Positions 25,301 through 36,900 of a stretch of 64,000 bases of DNA are shown here, piece by piece; position 1 is the first letter of the stretch; the number at the start of each line of letters is the position of its first letter. This stretch comes from Podarcis bocagei (lineage: Eukaryota), in assembly GCA_964188305.1 (NCBI GenBank), contig OZ076889.1, one strand, 5' to 3'. The notes under the pieces are model-generated. The model did not search any database and was not told where the DNA came from. It saw only the letters and a program-made list of their open reading frames with translations. The translations under genes and the position numbers were made by a program.

Positions 25301-27923
25301 CCCCAAGCCAAACGGAGGACATAGATGATGCCTTCCTGGAACAGATGGCCAAGCATGCAAAAGGAAGGGAGATAGTAGTAATGGGGGACTTCAATTACCC
25401 GGATATTTGTTGGACGTCAAACTCAGCCAAGAGCATAAGGTCAAACAGATTCCTCACTGGCCTTGCAGACAACTTCATTGTCCAGAAAGTGGGAGAAGCA
25501 ACAAGAGGAACAGCCATTTTAGATCTGGTCCTAACCAATGTTGATGACCTGGTTAGTGGGGTAGAAGTGGAAGGATCATTAGGCGCGAGTGATCATGCTC
25601 TTCTGAAGTTTACTATACAGCGGAAAGGAGCAGCCAAGCATACTAGGACTCAATTTCTTGACTTTAAGAAAGCCGACTTCATAAAACTTAGGGAAGTGCT
25701 GGGTGAGATCCCATGGACAGCAATACTAAAAGGAAAGGGAGTTCATGATGGCTGGGAGTTTGTTAAGAGGGAGATAGTAAAAGCACAACGTCAGGCAATA
25801 CCAATGAGACGGAAACATGGAAGGTGCCTAAAGAAGCCAGGGTGGCTATCTAAAGAACTTTTAACTGAATTAAGATTAAAAAAGGATGTGTACAAAAAAT
25901 GGAAAAGGGGGGAAACCACCAAAGAGGAATTCAAACAAATAGCCAGAACGTGTAGACACAAAGTCAGAAAAGCTAAAGCACAGAATGAACTCAGGCTTGC
26001 TAGAGAGGTTAAAAGCAACAAAAAAGGCTTTTATGGGTATGTTCGTAGCAAAAGGAAGAACAAAGAAACAGTGGGGTCACTCAGAGGAGAAGATGGTGAA
26101 ATGCAAACAGGGGACACAGAAAGGGCTGAACTCCTCAATGCCTTCTTTGCCTCAGTCTTCTCCGATAAAGAAAACAATGCCCGACCTGAAGAATTTGGAG
26201 CAAATGATTCAGCAAAGGAAACACAGCCCAGAATAACTAAGGAGACAGTACAAGAATATTTGGCTAGTTTAGATGTATTCAAGTCTCCAGGGCCAGATGA
26301 ACTGCATCCAAGAGTATTAAAAGAACTGGCAGATGTGATCTCAGAACCACTGGCAGTCATCTTCGAGAAATCCTGGAGAACAGGCGAAGTCCCGGCAGAC
26401 TGGAGGAGGGCAAATGTTGTCCCTATTTTCAAAAAGGGGAAAAGAGAGGACCCAAATAATTACCGCCCAGTCAGTCTGACATCAATAGCAGGGAAGATTC
26501 TGGAGCAGATCATTAAGCAAACAGTCTGTGAGCACCTAGAAAGGAATGCTGTGATCACCAATAGTCAGCATGGATTTCTGAAAAATAAGTCATGTCAGAC
26601 TAACCTGATCTCATTTTTTGACAGAATTACAAGCCTGGTAGATGAAGGGAACTCAGTGGATATAGCCTATCTTGATTTCAGCAAGGCATTTGACAAGGTG
26701 CCCCATGATATTCTTGTAAAGAAGCTGGTAAAATGCGGTCTTGACTCTGCTACCACTCAGTGGATTTGTAACTGGCTGACTGACCGAACCCAAAGGGTGC
26801 TCATCAATGGTTCCTCTTCATCCTGGAGAAGAGTGACTAGTGGGGTGCCACAGGGTTCTGTCTTGGGCCCGGTCTTATTTAACATCTTTATCAACGACTT
26901 GGATGATGGACTCAAGGGCATCCTGATCAAATTTGCAGATGACACCAAACTGGGAGGGGTGGCTAACACCCCAGAGGACAGGATCACACTTCAAAACGAC
27001 CTTGACAGATTAGAGAACTGGGCAAAAACAAACAAAATGAATTTTAACAGGGAGAAATGTAAAGTATTGCACTTGGGCAAAAAAAATGAGAGGCACAAAT
27101 ACAAGATGGGTGACACCTGGCTTGAGAGCAGTACATGTGAAAAGGATCTAGGAGTCTTGGTTGACCACAAACTTGACATGAGCCAACAGTGTGACGCGGC
27201 AGCTAAAAAAGCCAATGCAATCCTGGGCTGCATCAATAGGAGTATAGCATCTAGATCAAGGGAAGTAATAGTGCCATTGTATTCTGCTCTGGTCAGACCA
27301 CACCTGGAGTACTGTGTCCAGTTCTGGGCACCACAATTCAAGAAGGACACTGACAAACTGGAACGTGTCCAGAGGAGGGCAACCAAAATGGTCAAAGGCC
27401 TGGAAACGATGCCTTATGAGGAACGGCTAAGGGAGCTGGGCATGTTTAGCCTGGAGAAGAGGAGGTTAAGGGGTGATATGATAGCCATGTTCAAATATAT
27501 AAAAGGATGTCACATAGAGGAGGGAGAAAGGTTGTTTTCTGCTGCTCCAGAGAAGCGGACACGGAGCAATGGATCCAAACTACAAGAAAGAAGATTCCAC
27601 CTAAACATTAGGAAGAACTTCCTGACAGTAAGAGCTGTTCGACAGTGGAATTTGCTGCCAAGGAGTGTGGTGGAGTCTCCTACTTTGGAGGTCTTTAAGC
27701 AGAGGCTTGACAACCATATGTCAGGAGTGCTCTGATGGTGTTTCCTGCTTGGCAGGGGGTTGGACTCGATGGCCCTTGTGGTCTCTTCCAACTCTATGAT
27801 TCTATGATTCTATGATTCTATGAAATGAAAGGTTGCTAATGTGAGGGTTACAGACAACTGCACCGTAGGGCCTTGACTATAGTTTGTGTATGCCACATTC
27901 AACCCGTTGATGGATGTGAGAAG

Positions 27924-27964
<41 letters not shown>

Positions 27965-30900
27965 TGGCACCCTTTTGTACATCACCATTGCTTGATCTAC
28001 ATTATTGACATTCTTCCCTACCAGTTCTAGCTGTGTATGCAGTTGGTGGCTTCTTTACATTTCTAATGAAAGCTTATATTTTTTAATGAAGAATTCAGCT
28101 TAGGTGCTCTGACATACCTGCTGTGAACTGAATCAGATACTACCTCTGTGTAACTTCATAATATTCCCTATTTAAATAAACAGCCCAAATGCTTTGAAAT
28201 TCCCCACCCCACACCCGTCTGTGTCCAAGAAACCTTCAGAATTTAACAATGTCGTCATGGGACTTTTTCTTTTGGACAGATCCCATTTTAGAGAATGAAT
28301 TGCATGCAGTTGCTGCACAGAGATTGTCTACTCTGATTCCATACCTGCTCCATTGGATTTCACTGTCTTAAATTGATGGTGTTGCTGGTGTTGAACTTGC
28401 CACTAACCTCTCCTTTTTATTGATGAGAGAGGAAGACATGGTTCCTTGCTTAGTTGTCTCATAAATCACTGACAGGACTGACTTTTAATAGCACACTTTG
28501 ATGTCTGTGCAGACTTTTATTGCCTTTCCTTATGAACTCTAAACAAGAAGTGTATGTGGTGAAAAGGTCACAGTAAAAGTTACCTGATTTATTTTTACTT
28601 ACGTTGTTAGATCTTGGTCTTAAAGACAGACACTCAGGACCTTGTTGCTTCCTTCAGAGTAACTACAGGAACCAGCAATACTACAGCTATTAAATCTATA
28701 GAGTTTGCTCGAAAAGGAAGGTGAGTTGAAGACTTTGACTCTGTTCACAGTTTCATACATGGAGAGCTGCTGTTCAAATAACATTGTCCTTGGGAAGGCC
28801 TAAAGGAGGTATTTGGTTGTACCTTTGGTCTTAGTTTGTACTTGATTAACTTGCCAGTGCTTGTAGGGGTAAGAGTTTCATTACTTTTTAGTCTGACTGG
28901 TGATTTAGTTTTAATTATTTTATAGTGATATTGCTATATTGGATGCTTTTAATTAACTCTTATTGTATATCACCTAGAGGCTTGGGTGGAAGTGTAACAA
29001 ATAAATTCAACAAAGTATTAATAATAATACTAGGATCCTCGTCTATGGGTTTATCCTATTTCTTATATAACCTCCTGGAGCACAGTGGCTCAGCAGTATA
29101 TTTGGAATGAATGGTATCATTACAGCATTTTCTATCTCTTTCCCCTCCCTCAGTTGCTTTCTAATAAATACTGCTGATCGCATAATCAGAGTCTATGACG
29201 GTCGGGAAATCTTGACTTGTGGTAGAGATGGAGAACCAGAGCCAATGCAAAAGCTGCAGGACTTGGTGAACAGGTAGGAATTATCTGTCTTGAGTCAAGG
29301 GCATGTGCTTTTCAGTATTCAAAGGCCCCACTGCTAGTTTGTCCTCTGGTATAACTTCATTTCTCGAAGCTTGAAAAACAAGCATTCTACCCCCTAAAGA
29401 CCTTGAGTGTTGTTGTTCCAAAGGAACTAGATCCAGATTGCCTGCTTCCTGGCTCCCAGAGCCCTTTCCTCTGCACTAAAGCAGGATACCCTTTCTACAT
29501 TGTGCAGCGCTGTCCAAAATTACCTTTACCTTTTGAATATGGGGAGGGGGAATGAGTCTTCTGTAATCCAAAAAGTAGGCTGTGTTTTTTTTTACTTAAA
29601 TTCAAAATACAATCTCTAACATAGCATCATGTAGTGTACAGAGAAGCCTGAGATTCATAGACAGGGCAGTGTTTGGATTAATTGCTGCCTTTACTACATT
29701 TATAAAACATCTTTCTGCCAGTGCACTCAAGGCAGTTAAAAGGTTTAAATCTTCATTATTGATATTATTTCTTCTAGTTGTTAAACACTTCATAAACAAG
29801 TTTTCTAGACAAGTTTGTTTAAAACATAACAATTATATTTTAAAACCTGCAATCAATCTTAAAATTACAACCCAGGATGAAACCCAAATGCAAAAAGCCA
29901 ACACAATAAAAGGCAACACAGATCACAGGAGCTTAAAACAGCCATCGGTTAGCAGATCTAAAACCACTAAGACGCACTACAGTTAAAGCCTTCAAATGCC
30001 CTCCAGAACAGAAAACTCATAGTCTGGGAAGAGGAAACTAAGATAGTCATGGCCAGTCGTCGGAGGGTGGGGGCAACAGGGTAGGCATGTGGCATTTTGG
30101 GTAGGCATGTGGCACTTTGTTTTGCTATCTCACCTTTGCTCTCACGTTTGCTATCTCACCTTTCCCTCTGATGCTGCTAGGTTGTTTGGCTGCTAGTGAA
30201 GATAGAACTGGTTTTTGCTAGGCTGGTGGGGGCTCATCTCGATGCTCCCTTTGAAGCAGCCAGATGGAATGATGGGAGTTGTTGACAGTTCCTTGCTTAG
30301 TTGCCAGTGAGGTCCTTCTCACAGTTTTTAAGTCACTCCTCTGCACCAGCTACTGTCCTATTATTATATTTTTCTATAAGTTCACATCAGTTCTGGTTGC
30401 TTACAAAAGCGACCGAACACAGCATCAAAGTCTGCAACAATGCAAAAGCAAGGCAAGTGAAGCAACTGCAATCTGCATATAGTTTTTCAAGCTTTCTTAT
30501 TTTCTTCTAGATTTGTTGGCTTGAGACTTAAGATCAAAGAAGTTATTCTGGGGGAACGTATCCTGACTTGACTGATTTGTATAACTTGCATTGCAGAATT
30601 TACTATTTGCAGTTTCAGAGAAGCCCACTTCCAGCTATGCATAATCATGTTTTGACAATTGCAATTCTTTTGAACCCTTGTTTCTCCCTAGTGTACACTT
30701 GAACAAGGTTCTGTTAATTGCTATTTCTGCAGGACGCCTTGGAAGAAATGCTGTTTCTCTGGCGATGGGGAGTACATTGTTGCAGGGTCAGCACGTCAGC
30801 ATGCTTTGTACATCTGGGAGAAGAGCATTGGGAACTTAGTGAAAATCCTCCATGGCACAAGGGGAGAGCTGTTGCTAGATGTGGCAGTAAGTACTGCATT

Positions 30901-33900
30901 GTCTCCTTCTAACAGGATTCACGGCTTTGGGCCAGACTGTATTTTAAAAAATGTACTACTTTTCTTCCCTCTTTCTGGTATAATCTAGTGGCATCCTGTC
31001 CGACCTATCATCGCTTCTATTTCCAGTGGTGTAGTATCCATATGGGCTCAAAATCAAGTGGTAAGTAGTACTGATGCATTTTCTTCCATTTCTACACTTT
31101 AATTTCCCTGGATGACCCTTATTTCATTGGTCATTCTGGTTTTATTTTTTGCCATTATTTGCATAAGCTTTTACACTGCAGGACCAACATCTTTCTAAAA
31201 ATACTCACCAGAGAGAATCAAATAATTTCAAAAAAACTGTTTGTAGCCAGAGGGTTGCAAGAATGATTTTCACTGAGGAGAGAAGAAAAATGGGAAGAGA
31301 TGAAAGAGATCCTGATTTCATGTTACGTAAAACAAGTAACTAGCCCTCTTGTTTAGTAGGCCTTGTGACTCTGTATCTCAAAGAAGGACTGGTCCTATGA
31401 TGGCGCACATGGTTTGTGGCACTTTGGTGCATAGCTCGGGTGTGATTATATAGCTCCTGTACCAGGGCACGAGCATAAAATGTTCTTTGGATTTGTGGCT
31501 TAGGAAAACTGGAGTGCCTTTGCACCTGACTTTAAGGAACTGGATGAAAATGTAGAATATGAAGAGCGAGAGTCTGAGTTTGACATAGAAGATGAAGATA
31601 AGAGCGAGCCAGAGCAGACAGGTAAAGAATGCATTGACTGAAATTGCCCAGTGTAAAAGTATCTGGACTGTGTATAGCTTTGCATCCTTATTGTGTAGCA
31701 TCAGCCCAGATTACCCCCTTCCTCTGCCCCCAGCAAGCAGTCTTCGCCTCTTGGTGCACATCAGGGTACAAGATAATACTGAGGTACAAAAAGCACCTCA
31801 GTATTATTCTCTGAAACATCATCCCCTGTGTGTGAATGGCAAAGTAAAAAACACAATAATTAGTGATGCCCTTTCTGGGTCTGATGATATACCATAATAT
31901 AAGCCGCACTTTCCCCCCAACCTTATGGTACGCAGCCAGGAGCAAGGGGCAAACAGTGCCAGGAGCGTGGCAAAGTGGCACCTGCCTCATGCATAATCCC
32001 ACATCCTCTAACCCAAAGCCGGAAAGGGAGAGAGAGCGATGAAGAGGAAAGGCCACTGGCAACGCAGTGCGGCTCCCTCCCTCCCGCCCAGTGTGCAGCC
32101 AGGAGCAGCGAGGAAGGGAGCGGCTTATATTTGGGTATTTTTTCTTTTTTTCTTCCCCCCTCCAATTTTAAAGGTGTGGCTTATATTCGGGTGTGGCTTA
32201 TATTCAGGCCAATACGGTATTAGTCTTTTTTGTATCTTGTCCACCTCAGGAACATTTTGTATTCAAGGTGTGAGATACAAATTTAACAGTTCTTCTGATT
32301 TAACACAGTCTGAACCTTTGAATCTATAGGCCACATATCAAGGCCCATTTCACGGTCTGTCTAGTATAAGCGTTAGCAAACTGTTTCTAGTTTTTGCCGC
32401 TACTACTCCTACTACTACTACTGTTTTGGGATCCCAGGTTAGTTATTCCAGTACCCAAACTACCCACTAGGTAACTTTCATTTAGTTTCATTTCCAGAGA
32501 ATGCCTTTGCATCTAGGAAGGCTGAGCACCCTAGACTCCTTTTCCAGTGGTGCTGATGAGTCTTCCATTATTGATGCTTATATTGCAGTCCTTACTTCCT
32601 ATACTCATGGGTTCTTGCAGTCCAAGATTCTTGGCTTCTGTTCTTCCCTAGTTATCTGTTGCGTTTTTCAGCCAAGCAAGAATTCTTGTTCCGATTCTTT
32701 ACTTCCAGACTTCTAGTAGCCATCTGTTTGATGTCTTCAGAGAGTTGTTATCCTACTGATCAAGGTTCTGTGGGCATTTAAAACTACCGCTGGTGCTTAA
32801 TGTCTTGTTCAATGACAGCTGATTTAGCTGCAATCTGGTCTGACACAAACCGCAGTCCTGCAGAATTTAAGCAGGTTACTTCCTAGTATTTGGAAAAAGG
32901 GGACATGATTACTGAAGTCGGTGCAAAGGCTCACATTCCACTTAATTTTCACCTTTGCAATATTTATGTTTTAACAATGTACCTAGGCAAACAAGCTTCA
33001 GTAATGAAATGTCATAGCTGTTGCTAGGGAAACAAGGTTGAATGTAAGGCAATAAAAGCACAGATTTGTGGTGGTGACAAACAAGGTAAGTATACAGCAG
33101 GATTTTTTAAAAAAAAATATGGAGAAGAAAAGAGGCTCACTTCTCATTGCCATTTTTCCCCATTGCCAATTATTCTGTAAGAAGTTAGGTATCAGAGCAG
33201 CATTAGTTTAATTTTGTGACATAGGGCTTATTTAGGCATTAGATGAAGCTTGGCAATGAGACCTCTCTGTTGCTGCCAACTTGTGATTTAGAATTTCTTT
33301 GGTTATCAGGTGCTGATGCTGCAGAGGATGAGGAAGTGGACGTCACCAGTGTAGATCCCATTGCTGCTTTTTGTAGCAGGTGAATGTGGCAGCGGCGAGG
33401 GTGTTGAAAGACTGCACACAATAAATATTTGCTGATCACTAAAAATATATGTTCACTAGGACTGTCAACTAATTAAAGAAATCTTAGTTAGTTACGGGTT
33501 TTAATAGATGAACAGTGCAGTTCTGTGCAGGCTTACTCTGAAGAAAGTCACCCTGTGTTCAGTAAGATTCTCCCTGGCTAGGCCAGTTAGGATTGCAGAG
33601 TAAATATGCATATATTTTCATATGAACAAGGCAGAGCCTCCCTATGAACCTATTTAGGCTCCCCAGGCCTTCCCATTGGGCTGCTGTGTGGTTTGGCTCA
33701 AATCATGGCCACCTGACCATCACCTGATGTCGCTTGACAGGTAAACTTGGTTCTTTCTTTACAGCTTCTAGTAGAGTTCAGTGTTTCTTGAATTTGGCTC
33801 CTTTTTCTGTCACCCTGCAGCAACAGAAAAAAGATGCCAAATTCAAAAAGGGCCCAATTGCATATGGAAAGGAAGAGTTGCTTAGAAATGCTCCCAGTTC

Positions 33901-36900
33901 TTCCTTTACAACTCAGCTTGAATTCAAACCAGGCTGCAAAGGAAGAACGGGGAAGACATTTCAGATTCTACCTTTGAAGTTGAATCACCTGACCTCCATA
34001 TGATTTACAGGTGAGCACCCCCACCCACCAGTCAAAATGACCTGTAGGAGAAGTTCTGGATCTAGTGTGGCCAATGGCCAGGGATAATGGGGGTCATAGT
34101 TAGCAAAATCTGAAGGGCCATGGGTTAGCCATTCCTGCTGTAGAGTGTGTCTGAATGGCTAATTTTGGAGGTCAGTGTAGCTCTTGTTCTGGATAAGAAC
34201 ACAAGAACAAAATTGTGTTTGTGTGTATTTTTTCAATCCTGTAGCATGAGTTCTGTGTGTTTAATGGGAAAAAATAAAATTTCCTTGGCAGCGATGAAGA
34301 ATTGGAAGACTCCAAAGCTTTGTTGTACTTGCCTATTGCTCCTGAAGTGGAAGACCCGGAGGAAAACCCTTATGGTCCTCCACCAGATGCAGTGCAGACC
34401 GCCTTACCTGATGAGGGAATAGGCTCTGAGAAGAAGAGGCAGTCTTTGTCTGATGGACCTCAGCCACCAAAGAAGAAACCTAAAACAACCAACATAGAAC
34501 TGCAGGGAGTACCCAATGATGGTGAGGGAGAATTGCTATCATTGCTGCTGTCCAATATCTTCGTGACTTCAGATTATATTAGAACTTAGCAAAAATGGCT
34601 GTGAGTAGTAAATAAGTCCTTTCTCAGCTTGTGCCATTACAATTGACAGGGCATTTGAACTGCTAGATAAGCTAGGGTTGCCGTATTTCAAAAAGTGAAG
34701 CGGACACAAAAGTTGTTGAGTTTTTTTAGAGTTTTGCCCTAAGTTGTTGAGCTTTGCAACATCTTAAAAAAGAATGAAGTTGTTGAACTATTTTTAAGGG
34801 AATTCAGCAATATCTAGACTTCTGACATAGGTTTGCCATGCATCTGGATCTTCCCGGACAATTTCCACCTGGACACTGCTTCCGACAGCCACTATAGCCA
34901 GGAAAATCCAGGCGTATGGCAACCCTAACTTAAGCAAGTAAGATCCCTATGTTTCTTGTCCTTTTATATCTCATTATCTTACTCACTTGGGGCTAACAGT
35001 ACTGAATCTTTCCTCACGTGCTTAGAATTTTTGCCTGGCTGCACTCCTCATTATAGGCATTCCTCATATCTGTGACCACTGAATGGAAAATATGGTCAAT
35101 TAGCTCAAGTACTTGTTTAGTAACCTGTGGTGTTATACATTTCCTCTAAAGCACCTGGACCAGGTGCTGTCTTGACCTGAGCAGACCAGTTTATTCTTCC
35201 GTTCTGTACAACAAACTGCTGGTAAATTCAACTTTATTCTACCTTCTGGGTCATCCTACTGTCCTAAAATGATTCAGAACCGCTGCTCTCCCTTTCTTAT
35301 TTCTAAAAAAAGAGAGAAATGCCATAAGTCCCCTTTCCTGTGTTATGGCATGTGCCTTAAGAGATCTGCAAAGCACACAGGGCGAGTAAATGCACTGTAA
35401 ACTGAAAAGATGTACTTCCTGTTCCAAACCTGCCTCTTCCTTTGCAGAAGTCCATCCGCTTCTGGGTGTGAAAGGAGATGGTAAATCCAAGAAGAAGCAA
35501 GCAGGCAGGCCTAAAGGATCAAAAGGTAAAGAGAAAGATTCTCCATTTAAACCGAAACTCTACAAAGGGGACAGAGGTTCTTTACCTCTGGAAGGAGCAG
35601 CGAAGGGTAAAGTGCAGGCGGAGCTGGGACAGCCTTTGCCAGGTAAGGACCCAGCGTGAGCGTCTGCTTGCTTGGTGACCTTGCTTCGTACAGACATGGC
35701 ATAGCCTTAGCACTTTAGCTCCCCAAACGGCATTTGCTTGCTGAGTGTTTTAGCTGCTCTGCTTTCAAGGACAGACAAAACTTTGCTTCTTGGAACAGGA
35801 CAGTTGCCCTCGTTGCCGCAAATAACAATAAGCACCCACAACTTGTAGGCACGGCAAGTAAATAATGTGAAGGCTGAGAAAAATAAGATGTGTCATTCAG
35901 AAATGGCATCAAGCCATTAACTTGTGGGTTCTCCTAGGAGTGCGCATCATTGGTGCCACACAACCCAAATTTGCTAGCCGTGAAGGCTGTTTTGGAGTCC
36001 AAAGCAGAGATAAAAAATGATGGGGAGCATGCAGAGCTAAAATATTGTTGTGTGACACCCTTGTGAAATATCTGATGCTGCAAAAAAAGAAAAGATTAAA
36101 GGGGAAAAGGGAGTAGCTATCCCACAGTAGCATTTCTGGTGACTGTGGTTGAGTTTCATTGCCTATGAAAATTTAGTGATGTGTCCATATTACGGATCCA
36201 TGCTCTGGACAGTTGCTTGCTAGTTGGAAGGTTGCTACCAAGAGTTTTAAAACTGGCTGTATGTATTTTATCTAAGCAAGTTCAATAATACTGGCAGTAA
36301 GTTGAATGCGAGAGTTCTACATCCCATTACTTCAGTGCTATGCAGGTGATCAATGCCCATATTTTACTCCTCTAATTGTGTGTAAATTTGGGAAAGCTGC
36401 TTTCTGCCCAGTTTGACAAAGTTCAAGGAGGCAGGAGAAAGTGGGTTTTGCAAGGAATAGGAAGTGACTTTTGATCATATTTTATATAAAAATTGTTACA
36501 CGTAATAGGGATTCAGATGTGATATGTATGTGCAAAATTTTGTATGTCCTTGAAGTTCAGCAGCTATTGCTGTGAATTTTTTTTATAATCTCCAGAACAG
36601 CTATTTTTTAACCCTTTCTTTCCCTCACTGCTGGTCCTGTGTTACCCAGCTTGCTCATTGTCCTTCCTGCTCTGCTCCTGTTAAGTTGCTTTTGTAGTAT
36701 TAATAAATGCATTGAGTGATGCAATGAACAAAATGTGGCAGCTTTCCAAAGCAGAAATCTGTTTGATTTGTTGTTTTCCTGCTAACTTATGTTTGTTCTG
36801 TAGCTTCTCAACAAAACTGTTTTAGTAAGTACTCAGTGGCAGAACTTCTTGTAAGACACCCCCTCCCCTCCAAAAGGTACCCTTGAAGTTTTGCAGAAAT

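Noticed and set aside
24679-27735. Domesticated host RT gene or retron-like system
   Set aside because: It has an ordinary CR1 3' UTR, an octamer tail and an ORF1 remnant; intactness is most simply explained by recent insertion
25791-27791. Antisense and alternative-frame ORFs of 76-134 aa inside the CR1
   Set aside because: Shadow ORFs of an intact RT coding sequence, with no independent signals
30078-30165. Short tandem duplications (GGGTAGGCATGTGGCA x2; TTTGCTATCTCACCTTT x2)
   Set aside because: Ordinary slippage-type duplications in an intron, with no sign of function
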